DNA of 64,000 nt from Anolis carolinensis (GCF_035594765.1 NC_085841.1:71223574-71287573), one strand, 5' to 3'. Counted from the first letter of the stretch, positions 36,557 through 49,593 are shown. The notes: generated by a model not told the origin, from the letters alone. Translations and numbers: made by a program.

Positions 36557-38985
36557 CAGTGATGGACAACCTTTTGCGCTTGGTGTGTCAAAATTCACCA
36601 GAAAACCTAGCATGACTTGGGTGGTGTGTCACTTCGAGAGAGAAAAAACATAATTTCGCAATATGTATAGTTTAAATAACAAAAATGTATAATATATAAC
36701 TGTATTTAATAAACCAAAAACTATTTAACTTATCTGCTTAGTGACTTCTTTGTTCATCCATCAGTCCATTTCTTTTGTTGGTCTTGATATGATTTAACTT
36801 GTGTGGGGTGCCGTGAAGTAAGATAAGTGAGGGGGAGGCAGAATTCTTTAACTAACCTGCCTATTAATGACTTTTTTGTTATTGAATTTCATTGGCTAAA
36901 TCTTCAATTGAAGGCTGGTATTTTGTATACTTCAAGCCTAAGCAAGCGCTACTAACTTCATCTGTCAATCTGTTTCTTTTGTTGGTTTTGATATTATTTA
37001 AGGCTGAGAATAAGGTCTCACAAAAGTACGTAGAGGGAAAAATTGTGAGTAAAGCCATTGCTATATTTTTCAGGGTGCTAAAAGTGTCTTGTAATCGGTT
37101 CCAGGCACTCCAAATTTCCTGTTCGTAGTGGTACTCCTCTTGATTCTCCAAGCGGCACCTTTCCAAATTCTCAAGCTTTGACCTCAAGCCGACAAACACC
37201 TAAGCCCAGATGCTGCCTTGAAATTTTGCAAGTTGCATCTCCAAATCATCAATTTGCATCTATTTCTAATGGCGGGAAACAGCAGCCATAGCACAGGCCC
37301 TCGCCTCTCCCAGTCTCCCCATCACTTATCTCACGAATGATGGTCAATTAGAAATCCACGACACCCCAGAACAGTAGATTGGATTATTGTTGCTGTGGTT
37401 ATGTGGTTGCTAATAATGGTGATCACAGGGCCCTCAGAGATGTGTCCCCCGTGGTATTCCACTGCTTCCTGCTCTGCCGACTGGAAGTGAGGTCAAAGAT
37501 CCCCATACGGCCTAACTAGCCATAAGTCCCAGAAGTAGACACTTTGTGCTGGAGTTCTGTTGTTTTGACCTACAGACCTTTGGCACAGAGTGTCTACACT
37601 ACACTACAGCAAATGTTTCATCCTCAGCTACTGCACCTGGCCGTGCAAGAGTCAAGGATGAAACGTCCTTCTTGGCATGCGGCCCTACCCTGTTTCCCCA
37701 AAAATAAGACAGTGTCTTATATTAATTTGTTGCTCCCAAATATGTGTTAGGTCTTATTTTCAGGGGATGTCTTATTTTTTCATGAAGAAGAATTTACATT
37801 CATTGTTGAACAAAAAATGAACATTTATTATATATTGTAATGAGTTGTCATCACAAACCAGCATAACCAATCCAAACTGTATGCACACTACTAGAGAAAA
37901 TGTGGTATTTGTGTCCCAAACATTGCACTGGGTCTCAGAATTTCTCTGTGAACATCTGCGCAGCCACTACAGATCTTTATGTCACTGAGTTTGGCAGCAG
38001 TGATGTTCAAATCAATGATAGGTAAAGGTTCCTTCCCAAGCTGTTGTAGATAGTGGGATCAGTGGATGCTCCACCCGTGGATACAGGATGTTGTACTTGT
38101 ACACATTTTAAAAAAACTGCTGTGAGGAAGTAAAAGAGTTGGCTGTGTTTCCTAATCCCTATTACTGTACTCCTTTTTAAAAGTCAAACTTAAAAATAAA
38201 GAGGGTGAAAAGAGAGAAGGGGAGTGTTGGAGAGTCTGATAGAAGAGAGTTGCTCCCAAAGCAAAATGACTTTCCAGCCCGGGAGAGCATATCAAATCAA
38301 ACTTTGGGAGGTGGTTTTTTCCCCATTGTCTCCACGAGGGAGCTTTCTCTCTCCCTCTCTCTCTCAGAGACGCCCTCCTTCTGCCTCTTCTTGGCACCCA
38401 AAAGTTTAGCGAAGGGAAAAAGCACTCCTTCTCCAGCCTTGTCTTCCTTCCTTCCCTTTACCTGTGTCTCAAGGGCACCCTCAGGGCTTAGACCAGGAGC
38501 AGGATGGCCTACAGGTAGGGCCACAAGTAGGTGACGGAGGCCTTGAGTTGCTCCAGCAAGCCAGGCCCCGCTTCAGCCATGGTCCGGGGAGGGAGGGAGA
38601 GGGAGGAGGTGGAAGCTGGGGTGATTCATGGCTCCTGAAGGAATGCGCCCCCTACCCCCCCTCCCCTTCCGTGAAGTCATTGGCTTCGGCCTCCTGGGCA
38701 AACACACAGAGTGGGTGCTGAAGGGAAAAGGACTCCCACCTGGTGATTTCTCCTGCGCATGTGACCTTGAGCAGAGGCATCTCTTTCAACTGAAGAAGTG
38801 TACATTGATTGTGAGTGAACTACGACTCCTACACATGCACCTTTCCCTCCTTTACATGATATGCGCCTTCCTTGAGTCATCTTACTTTATAGCTAGCCCC
38901 ATATGCGGACACATGCGGCCACGTGTCAGCAAAAATGGCTAGGCGTGTCAGTGCTGAAACACGTGTCATAGGTTCCCCATCACTG
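36557..38985 (-). mobile_element. hAT1-like Charlie-group element, internally deleted, with transposase remnant and cargo
   Basis: TIR CAGTGATGG..AACCT; perfect TSD TATTAGTG; ORF 36879..37199 has the hAT dimerization motif STYFCETLFSALNNIKTNKRNRLTD. Confidence 0.9.
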
Positions 38986-39021
38986 TATTAGTGTTTCCTG
39001 TCATTCACCTGACGCAAGAAG

Positions 39022-42000
39022 ATGCCTAAATGTCTAACAAAGCAACTGAACGTTTGAGTTCATGACAAAAAAAGGATAAGCCAACTATTAAAGACCAAGA
39101 CAACAGCAAGTTCAGAACCATTGCAGCAGCTGGTACTGATGAGGACCCCAGAATATGCACACCTGAACTGCAGGTGAAAACTGAGGAAACTGCAGTGTCT
39201 ACCACTAGTTCATCTAATCCAAGCCCTGCCAAAGAATCCATGGAACAGAAGCAAAGACAAGAAGCTGTGTCATTGTTAGACCTTGGACTTTATATGAACA
39301 AGACTTTCTGATGACCAATTGAAAACTCAGTTAGTGCAAACAGACTCTATTGCCAGGATATGTATTTCCTGTGGATAAGAAGAGGCATCTAAGTTTTCAA
39401 CTGAAATGGTTCAGCAGATTTCCCTGGTTAGCCTATTCATTTAATGTACAAGGTGCACTCCGCAAGTCCTGTGTGGTGTCTGGTGGAGAAGTTGGGGATA
39501 AAGGTGGTTATCAGCAGCTTGGTGTATTGCTTGCTAGACCATTTGTCTATGGAAAGATGCAATAGTAGTCAATGACACCAAATGGAAACCAAAAATAATG
39601 GACACCAAAAAACAGAATACCATCGGAACAACTTTTGCTTTGCTGAAAACGTCTTGCTAATTCACAGTGGAAAACATCCTTATGTAATCCATCATCACAA
39701 TAAAGGAAATAAGAAGAAAGCAGAAGAAAACAAAAATAAACTTCTGCCAATTGTGGAAACCATTGTCCTTTGTGGCCGACTAGACCTGGCTTTAAGAGGG
39801 AACAAAGATTCAGGACCTATTACTTGTGAAGAACCTTTGCACAATAATGGTAATTTCAGGGCCTTGTTGAGATCTCATGCCAGATCAGGAGACAGTGACT
39901 TGAAAAGTCATCTCGAAACTGCAGCTATGAATGCCCAATACACTAGTCCTCAAATACAAAATGAACTAATAAACATTTGTGGTGACAAGATAATCCAAAA
40001 CAATGTTGAAATATGCAATGCATCACAGTGTTTCTGTTTTGGCAGATGAAACTGAATGTGAGTACCTCAGAACAGTTACTGCTCTCAGTAAGGTATGTTG
40101 ATGTTGAAGTTGCAGGAATAAGAGAAGACTTTATAGACTTTGTGAAGATAAGTGATATGACAGGTGGAGGACTTGCAGACATTATTTTGAAAATATGGGA
40201 AAAATTGTGCTGAACTTGCAAAATTTGTGTGGACAGGGTTATGATGAAGCTGTAATATGAGTGATTGTATCAGTGGAGCACAAGCAATTATATCGCAGAA
40301 GTATCCAATGGCTGTCTTCATCTACTGCAGTGCTCTCTCAATAAATCTATCCTTAACAAAGACTTGCAGCATTCCACCTGTCAGAAACTGCTAAGGAACA
40401 ATATCATCTGTGTGCAATTTCTTCAGAGCCTCATTCATCAGACTGGAACTGTTGAATTAAAATATAAAGGACTGTTTTCCTGAATCAAGAGCAAACAGCC
40501 TGTTGCTGCTTTGTGAAACTTGTTGGATTGAGCAACATGATGCAGTTTTACATTTTGTTGAACTGTACAGTATGGTGGTAAGAACACTTGAACTAAAAGA
40601 GAGTGCTCTATACAACAGTGAGACTTCTTCCCAAGCTGAACATTTCTTTTAGCTGTTCTGAATGATGAATTTGTAGTAACCATACACATTCTAAGAAAGC
40701 TTTTGTCATCATCCTTTCAGCTTAGCAAAACATTACGAAGAGTAGATATGGACATTTTTGTGGTCTGCAACATGTTAACCTTCTCTTAGAAAAAGCCAGG
40801 GAGATGCGCTCAGACTCTATAAAAGAATTTCAGGAGATATTTGACACAGCAAGATCAGTGGTGGAGTCTATGGGTGAAGAAGTGAAGTTTCCTCACATCT
40901 GTTCAAGGTAGACTTGTAAAAGCAACATCCAGGCAACTTCACTAATATCAATAGAATATTATAGGCTAAATATGTACATCCAATTTTTGGACTTTTTCTG
41001 CCATTAGCTTCAAGAAAGGTTTACAAGGTACAGGAATATAATTCAGAAACTGCAAATGTTCCTCCCTATTAATTGTGTGGTCATTTAAAATCCAACTTGA
41101 ACAAGTGCACAGAACTTCACAATGAATGTCTTCAAGATACTGACACACTGTGGTGTAGAAAATTGAAAAATGTTGCACTTGCAGAAAAACTGTCAAATGC
41201 ACTGGAAACATATCTTGTCTGTGATAGTCAGTATTTTCCAAATGTGAAGAAACTTCTTCAGATTTCGGCAACATTACCAGTGTCAAGAGCTGTTGAGGCT
41301 GTTGAAGCATCTGCCTTTGAGGATGAGGTCAAAGATGTTTTTTGTTTGAGCATGTTACTTCTGTGAAAGTGGTTTTCGAGATGTTTTGGATGGATCTGTT
41401 GTCAGGGAAACAGATCGTGTTTCTCATGAGAATCTCCCAAGGATTGACTGTGAAAGCAATGTGGGGAGATTGGAGGGTAATAACCCAGTATTTAATGCTC
41501 AGGCGAGAGGGTGTGAAGCAAAGACAGATTTGTTGTTATCAGAGACTGAAAGATAAACAAAAGGAGCCTAGGAGAAGGAGAAAATATGTTTAGGTAAGAG
41601 GGAGATTTCTTAAGGAATCTGAGTCTGTTCAGTGTGGAGATCAACGTTGGAATTTCATGAATCAAGATGCCTGTCTTTGAAACTCTGAGTCAGGAGTTCT
41701 GTTCTTGGTTTTTGGAGCTTGTTTTCCTGTTTAAGTTTAATGTCTCCTGTCTGGATTACAAATCTTGTTTCAAGTTTTCAAGCCTTTGAGATTATAGTCA
41801 AGTTGAAGTTTTCAAGCCTTGGGAATTTTAGTCATGTTTTGAGTGCCATACCTCGGGATTACCATTTCTTGTTTTACCTTCAGTGATTTTTGGATTCATG
41901 TACAGAGTTGCTCTTTGCCTTTTGTCAAGGTCTTGATATCTAGCTCATGGATGTAACTTGGATATTGCTTTTACAATCTGGCCTTGGATTGTACTTACCT

Positions 42001-42360
42001 GCATGCTTAGTTTGCTTATATTAAATGACTTTTAGAGAATTGATTGCACTATTTTGCAGCATTTACTTTTTATATACTTTTTTTCTTAATAAACTATTAT
42101 TGTTGAACTGTGTGGTGTCTGGGTGAAACACGAATAAACAGGTGGCAACAACAGCTACAAATGAGAGGTCATTTTCAATTCTTAAACGTTGGAAAACATA
42201 CATAAGAAGCACAATGGGGCAACAAAGACTGACCGGACTTGCACTCTTGAGTGACCACCGAAGTTTATCGATGGAGCCTGATTTCTGTCAAAGTGTATTG
42301 ACACAGTTATCAAGTGTTACCAACAGACGTTGTGGTATTCTTTCCGTTTTCAAGACTTGA
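39022..42360 (+). pseudogene. Tip100/PRKRIR-ZMYM1-like hAT transposase, decayed and interrupted by a solo LTR
   Basis: TTF-type finger FQLKWFSRFPWLAYS; LALRG..NGNFRALL..YTSPQIQNELI; ADET..EQL..VRYV; GQGYD; FPNV..LPV / TATNERSFSILKRWKTYIRSTMGQQRLTGLALL. Confidence 0.9.
41291..42150 (+). mobile_element. Solo LTR (860 bp)
   Basis: TGTTG...CAACA termini; 5-bp TSD AGAGC/ACAGC; AATAAA near 42088; removal restores the transposase frame. Confidence 0.85.
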
Positions 42361-42500
42361 AACTTTGTAACTATTGTTTATTTTGTGTCAAAAGCATTGC
42401 ATAAAATGTTAAAAGTTTAGAAGCAATGCTTTTGGGTTGGAAAGATTAGCCGTTTACAAGAAACGTTGCCCAGGGGACGCCCAACTGGATTCACTCAGTC

Positions 42501-42556
<56 letters not shown>

Positions 42557-43321
42557 TTTATTATTCTTTGAGGAGGCTCTTTCTATGTCCCCCACTTTGT
42601 AACTAAAATAGAAATTTGATTTAATTAACTCTATATAAAATATAGAATGAATCATATAATTTAAATTGTTGTGTGTTATGGACCTAACTCTTCATGAATA
42701 GCTTAAAAAATGTTTCAACCTCTCCCCCCATTTTTTTCTGGCTGTGGCCCTGGTTGTGGGGGTATGTATTCCTGCTATAAACTGGTAGTCTTGTTTTCTC
42801 TGTGATTAATTCTTCATTGTCCAATAATGATGCAGCGGGGTGAGGAGGATTCCTGGCCAATACTTTTCCGCTCCAAAATTACTGATCATGTCTGAGCATT
42901 CATTAGGGATCACCATTATTCCTTCTATCTGGAGGAGGAAAGAAGAAATAGGGTGTATGGTGACGTCTATATATTGATGGCATCATGGTGCAAATTTCTA
43001 GGATGACCTTGCCCATTTCAAGAAGCTGTCTGAAACAATTAGAGAAAAGATAGAAGCTGCCAAAATCATGAACAAATGTCCCCACATATAAAAGGTGTAG
43101 TACCTGATAACTTTCTGGCAATTCCCTACCAAAAAAAAGTGGAACTCCATTGCTCATAGTATGGAATTTTGCCTTCCAGTCATTCCATTCAAGTTGTCCA
43201 AAAAGTTACTATGACTGACATCAAAATGTACCAAAAGAACTAAAGCAAGCATACACTATATATCTCTATAGGAACAGAACTTGAGTTGATCCAAAGCAAT
43301 TCCATTGAGAACTTAACCAGG

Positions 43322-43390
43322 CAACAGCTAACAATTGCCATGAGGTCATAAGATTCCACTTGTTACATAGGAATCATATTAGTGAAGTTG
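43322..43390 (+). promoter_or_regulatory. Conserved upstream module of GPCR copy 5
   Basis: CAGCTAACAATTGC, TGAGGTCA at 43341, GTTACATAGGAATC at 43362. Confidence 0.6.
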
Positions 43391-43697
43391 CTTGCATCTT
43401 TATAGAACTGTATTCCAATGAAGAGCAAAGTGTGATCACAGGATACTAAAAATTAGACTGTGACAATGTTAGTATTGACTTTTCTATATTGCAGTTTGAT
43501 TTCTAAAAAAGAAAACAACTCCAATTTTGTTAATCACATCATAATGTTTCTGTTTTAGGGACTTCTTGGTGACCTGACAGATAATTTTAGTACTAGAAGC
43601 AAAAACAGACTCCAAGTACAAACAGAATTAATTTCAAATTCTTTTGTTAATAACTATATCTTAACTGCACATATTGAAGCATTTACTGGAGTCCAGG

Positions 43698-44000
43698 GAA
43701 TTTTCGGTACTGTTATCTGGGCGGAGGCCAAAAGGGGCCCTAGACAGAGAAGGATAGTTCATTTTATGAGGAGCTGGGGTGGGGGTTAAGGAGTTAAATC
43801 ATTTCCTTGTTTTCCTGTTATTCCCCCAACTCATGTAGCTGTATTCAAAACAACCGTTGTTTATGACAGGTGAAGGGGCGGGGGGAGAGAGAACGATTTT
43901 CCTCCTTTGACCCCCCCTTTCTCTAAAATCCTTCTCTATCCTTTTCTGTCTAGGCCCCCTTTTGGAGTCTGCCCAAATAATGGAACAGTACTGAATTTTC
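43698..44000. repeat. Inverted-repeat element (MITE-like)
   Basis: About 60-bp imperfect arms at 43698-43758 and 43936-44000. Confidence 0.6.
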
Positions 44001-44399
44001 TTTTTGTCTAGAGAAAGAGATAGAGAGATAGGTAGGTAGGTAGGTAGGTAGGTAGGTAGGTAGAGCCTGCATATCATCAGATGTTTTATAGAGGAAAATA
44101 AATATGGTTTCTTTTACATATAAGTTATAACTCTCTAGACCATCCTGAAACATTAAGAAATATATTACCAAGTTAGCATTTTGTAGCATGTATGTGTGTG
44201 ATTTACATGACTTTTCAGTCCTCTTTTCTAAAACCCATGCCTCTAATGTGAAAGAGATTTGGTTTACTACCCAATTTTTTAACACTTGGTTTTAATAAGA
44301 TTTTTGTAAGCATAATTCTCAGCATAGATGTCTCAGTATAAAAAATGAAGAGGTGAAGCCAGTACCTGTTTGGGGGGGCATAGTCATTAAAGGAGTATC

Positions 44400-44915
44400 T
44401 GGGAGCACTGAATAAGACATGGGTCATACAACTGTGAAAATATTATATGCTCAAAGATGGAGAGACCCAACTTTACTAACAAAAACGATTGCTTGGTGAA
44501 ATTGTAGGAACTGGCTCAAATGGATAGATTGACATTGTGGTCAAGGAGAAATACTTGGTTGATAGAAAGAAGTATTGGGACATGCTTATTACTTTTGTGA
44601 AGACAAGATGGGGGTATATCACAACTTTGGATATATGATAGATGGATGTGCGGGTAGATGGATGGACGGACAAACAGACAGATAATCGAAATATGTGGTT
44701 AGTAGAAGTGCAACCAAAAATAAAATATAATGGGAGTTCAAATATATATCAATTGTAATTTGTGATGAAAGGAGAGAAAGACATATGATCTATCCCAGCA
44801 GTGTGTAGTGTTGTGTTGTGTGTAGTGTTCTTTGTGAAGTGTTTATGTATGTAGTTTTCCCTTAGGGTTGTTTTATATACAATAAACTTTTTGTATGTTA
44901 ATATCATGTTAAAAA
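44400..44915 (+). mobile_element. L1-like 3' fragment, decayed
   Basis: Similar to the 48050 fragment (YAQRW, ELAQMDRLT, KYWD); T-rich UTR. Confidence 0.45.
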
Positions 44916-44959
44916 GGTGAGACAAGTGTCCTGGGTGAAAATTAAAGAGTAATAAATTT

Positions 44960-45400
44960 AAAGAACTGTAGAGTTGTCAAATATCACAAGGGTCATCTAG
45001 TCTAATCCTCTGAGGATGAAGGGATCCACACTTAAAGAATCGTTAGCTGAAGATTTTCCAGTTGTATTTTAGAACTCCCCTCCATTTCAGCCCATTTCAA
45101 TATTAAATGGTGCTAACTACAAGAAAAGCGATTCTACGTAAACATTAGGAAGAACTACCTAACAGTAAAAGCTGTTTATGCTGCCTGGAGGTGTGGTGGA
45201 GTCTCATTCTATGGAGATTTTTAAACCAGAGGCTGAATGGCCATCTGTCAAGAATTCTATTTTCCAGCATGGCAGGGAGTTGGGCGGGATGGCCCTTGTG
45301 ATCTCTTCCAACTCTATGATATTATGAACCATCAGGTGTCTTCATCATATTGAGCCAGAATCTTCTTTCTTGTAATTTGAATCTATTGGTTTGGATTATA
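44960..45400. mobile_element. CR1 3' fragments in both orientations
   Basis: GGAGTCTC..GGAGATTTTTAAACCAGAGGCTG..TTCCAACTCTATGAT. Confidence 0.65.
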
Positions 45401-46129
45401 TGTGCAAATTTGAAATATTGTACACATAAATGGTGATACATCAGAGAAAGTAATTGGCAGCAGAAAGAGAAAGAAAGACAAAGTGATACAGAAGCAGAGA
45501 AGTTCATTCACCACCAGCCCTAATTCTGTCCATCTGAATGATTTTTCTTCTCAGCCAACGGCACTTCATAGGGAAAAGAGGGCACCAAATTTGAAGGAAT
45601 ACTGAACAAAACACCAAATAATTCAGGGTTTATTATCAGTTTCACAGTCTAGCATAGGCATGGGCAAACTTAGGCTCTCCAGGTGTTTTGGACTTCAACT
45701 CCCACAATTCCTAACAGCTGACTGGCTGTTTGGAATGGTGAGAGTTGAAGTACAAAACACTTGGTGGGCCGAAGTTTGCTGATGCCTGGTCTAGCAGTTG
45801 TTACCAGTTGAAATTTCGGACCATCAATGATTCCAATTCTATCCAAGAATCTAGTTAATGTGGCACTTTCCAAGAAGTTCCACTTTTTGTAATTGTGCTG
45901 CTGTTGCATTTATATCTCTCTGTTTCTAAAGTCTGGAACTTAAGATGACGGAAGTTAAAACACATATAACTAATATAATGTACAAAAATTAAAAACAGAC
46001 TCTTTCCCATCTTTGTGAATATTATACCACAAAACACATGCTCCTCTAGAAAGTTTCAACCTCCTCTTAAAACATGTTAATATCACAATAACAAAAAGTA
46101 TGTTTGATTTTGGCAGGTTGACAAAGATT

Positions 46130-47062
46130 ATGGAACATATGAACAGCACCATAGCGACAGAAGTTTCTTCTCTTCAGGATGAAAGGAAACCAGGCAAACC
46201 TGTTGATGTTCCACGTAGCTTACAAACAAGGATACTGTTCACATCTTCTCCAGTCTGCCTCTTCGGGCTGTTACTAAATTTACTCATTATATGGCTTTAC
46301 TGCTGTAAAATCAAAAAGACTAAATTAACTCTATATTTTCTTAATATGGCCATTGCTGATCTTATCATAATCTTCTTAAATGTTACCATTATTATTGCAT
46401 ATTTTACACCCCTAAATCCCAGCTTAAAGGTTCGACGGATATTGCAAATTCTGCATGTATGTGCATTTGATACCACCTTCTTTTTTAAGGCAACGATCTC
46501 TGTAGAACGGTACATCTTTCTTAAGTGGCCATTTTGGTATAATCACTACCGGCCCAACAATTTCTCTGTCATTATAAGTATTAGTTTATGGGGTTTGTCC
46601 TGTGTAGTATCATTTGTGACCTATTACGGCTGTTATCCAAGATTCGATGTCAGCGTCAACACACTTCTTAACAACTGCAGAGCTGCCAATGCAATTGAAA
46701 TAATCATTGAGTTGATCATTTTCCTTCCCAGCATGATCATCTGCACTTTTGCCCTTTGGATCAGAATGCAAACTCCTGTATCAAGACTGGATGTTTCCAT
46801 TGTGGGTTTGGTTCTTATATGTCTTATCATTAATGCCCCAGTTAGAATTACTCAAATCACTTCCTCTTGGGATTATAATGTAGATAGGTATGTGCTAGGC
46901 AAGATTTCTCTCTTACTAGACTCTGTCGACAGTGCTAGCAACCCTATCGTGTTCCTTATTGTTGGTTGTAAAAAGAACCAGAAGGCAATCCTGTTTCTTG
47001 AGACTGCTCTGGATGAAGGAAACACAACAGAGAAAACACAATCCAGCGAAGTATATGCCTGA
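46130..47062 (+). CDS. Mas-related GPCR, copy 5, about 310 aa
   Basis: YFLNMAIADL, TISVERYI..WPFWY..RPNNFS, NAPVR, SASNPIVF; acceptor at 46116; AATAAA near 47134. Confidence 0.93.
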   Translation: MEHMNSTIATEVSSLQDERKPGKPVDVPRSLQTRILFTSSPVCLFGLLLNLLIIWLYCCKIKKTKLTLYFLNMAIADLIIIFLNVTIIIAYFTPLNPSLKVRRILQILHVCAFDTTFFFKATISVERYIFLKWPFWYNHYRPNNFSVIISISLWGLSCVVSFVTYYGCYPRFDVSVNTLLNNCRAANAIEIIIELIIFLPSMIICTFALWIRMQTPVSRLDVSIVGLVLICLIINAPVRITQITSSWDYNVDRYVLGKISLLLDSVDSASNPIVFLIVGCKKNQKAILFLETALDEGNTTEKTQSSEVYA

Positions 47063-48039
47063 AAATATCCTGCCCAGAGCTAGACACGAATCCTTACACA
47101 CAGAGAAATGCTGTTTAATATTCTGAATTTCAGAATAAAAATGTAAACACTTGCATATGTTGTGGATTACTTTGAATATACCTACACAGTTCAGAATACA
47201 TGCCAGGACCCATTTTAAATAGTTGTGTGTGCAAAGCATGTTGGTAGGATGAGAGAGGTTGAAACAAGAGCGGTACTATTTAAACTGGTAGTCTATTGGT
47301 GTTGCTCCATGAATTATTGGATGCTTGAGTGCAACAGATTTCCAAGAAGAAAGAAATGTTTTCACTCTGTATACACAGAGATACTACTGGTCCCTGGAAC
47401 ATTCAAAAGAAAACTCTGCTGATCCCCCATTCAAGATATCTTAAGAAGCACTGGTCTAAAGTACAGTAGCCAGAGCCAGAGTTCAAAGAAGAGGTAACTG
47501 AACCATAAATGACCATATATCTTGTTTTACAGAAGATAGTCCTCTATTTGAAGGTTTCCTCTTTTGACATGCCATCCAATATCTGATTGAAAGAGTGAGA
47601 CCAGGCACCAACAGCATGTGGTTCCACATTGCATTGTACTACTATTTCTATTTTGTTGTATAAATAAAATATAAAAGTATTTTAGCTTATATGTATAAGA
47701 TGTATACAGTACAGTACATAGTCTGTCCCAAAAGAAATTAGAATTATTTAATTGCACAGCACAGAAGAACCTGGAAAGCAAAGTGGAGCAGATGGGGGGG
47801 GGGGGGGGGACCCAGGCATACAGTTTTGACTTTATTCAGTTGAGTCTGTGCCTCTGTAGTGGTATGTAAGCAAAGGGTGTTGAAGTTTTTATGTCTTTTC
47901 AAGGATGAAAAAGCAGAGGGGTCTGAAGCAGCATCCTTCAACAACACTAACTGAGAACAATGTCTTATGTGTCTCCTGCCATATAGCCCTGACTTGACTC
48001 AGTGTGATTCCATTCCCCAAATTCAAAACCCACCCCAAA

Positions 48040-48630
48040 GTTATAAAATGTTTTATCAACACCTGTAAAAATAGCCAAAATGTAGCCACAATGGAAAATA
48101 CCTGTTGGACTTGTAAACAAGCAACAGGATCATTTTTGCATATGTGGTAGTCCTCCAAGAAGGCAAAAAAATTGGATTGAGATTCATAAAACTATAGAAA
48201 AAGTATTGAAATGAAAAATATCATTTAATCCAGAGGCATTTTTACTAGGCATAACAGATAGATCACTTTTGAAGACATGTCAGACTTTTTATTCTGATGA
48301 CAACCGAAGAAAGAATTGTCTATGCGCAGATGTGGTAACTAGAAGAAACACCAAAAATCCAGTAACATTAGCTAAAATAGCAGAAATGGACATTTTGACA
48401 AGATATCTTCAGAGGAAAGACCCTTCAATATTTAAGAAAGATTGGGAACCATTCAAAAATTTCCTGGAAGAAGAAAGAGTTCCAATATGGGGATTTCATA
48501 TTTAAAATGTTAATCTATTATATTATATTGTATACAATCAACTAGATAATATGAAAACAACAAAATTATTATGTATATGAAAGAAGGATATGTAAAATTT
48601 GATGATATATTTCAAGTTTTTAAAAAAACC
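48040..48630 (+). mobile_element. L1-like LINE 3' fragment
   Basis: CWTC..GSFLHMW Cys-rich domain; AEMDILT..FKKDWEPF. Confidence 0.65.
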
Positions 48631-48749
48631 TTTTTAAAGTCTACTTGGAGGCCTGAGCTGGCTTTGCATTTTAATCACATAAAATAGCAATAATAATTTT
48701 GTGCGATTAATGTGAACTTGGCCCAGACTTTTAGGTACTGTAGACATAG

Positions 48750-48785
<36 letters not shown>

Positions 48786-49266
48786 CAACAATAAAAATAA
48801 TAGTTGTTGTTATTATCATTATAAAAACAGACAGGTAAATTCTCTGGTGAGATATAAAGGTTGAAACAGAAATCCACCAGCATGAAAACTAACATTTTGA
48901 ACACGCATAACTTTTACTCTCAAATTTGTAATTCTCTCTCTCAAGATAGATTTTGCCCTTCTTAAACAGAAATGATGCAAGGATTCTCGTAACTTAGATC
49001 AATCATGGTATAACTACGCCTCGGGTTTTGAAATGTAACCATCTCTGCTTTCAATAATTGTAATGCTTACCATAGCTAATACCTTCTAGTGTTTTTTTTG
49101 AGCAGTGAAGACAATATATATATTGACAGGTTTACAGTGGGTTTAATTTATCTGTTAATTGTGCTATGTTTTGTTTGGTTCTATGATCTCATTTTTCTTT
49201 CTTGTATTTGTTATAAACCACCTTGAAGACACTTATGGAAGAGGCACTTAAAGGCAGTATGCATAA

Positions 49267-49593
49267 AAAGGTAAAGGTTTCCCTGACGTTAAGTCCAGTC
49301 ATGTCTGACTCTGGGGGTTGGTGCTCATCTCCATTTCTAAGCCGAAGAGCCGGCGTTGTCCGTAGACACCTCCAAGGTCATGTGGCCGGCATGACTGCAT
49401 GAAGCGCCGTTACCTTCCTGCTGGAGCGGTACCTATTGATCTACTCACATTGGCATGTTTTCGAACTGCTAGGTTGGCAGAAGCTGGAGCAACAGCGGGC
49501 GCTCACTGCACTCACTCCGCTCCCGGGATTTGAACCTGGGACCTTTCGGTCTGCAAGTTCAGCAGATCAGTGCTTCAGCACACTTCGCCACCG
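49267..49593 (-). mobile_element. Sauria SINE
   Basis: ACCTTTACCTT tail, GCAGTTCGAAAACATG core, tRNA-like head; near-identical to the copy at 54378. Confidence 0.9.

Larger units (their letters stand above)
31152..42752 (+). mobile_element. Large hAT (Tip100-like) DNA transposon with nested insertions
   Basis: Imperfect TIRs CAGGCCTGTAGCCA / TGGCTGTGGCCCTG; flanks GTTGTAGA/GTTGTGGG (6 of 8); contains the transposase pseudogene. Confidence 0.75.

Noticed and set aside
39022-42360. Host ZMYM1/PRKRIR (THAP12) gene
   Set aside because: Intronless, heavily disrupted, LTR-interrupted and enclosed by TIRs.
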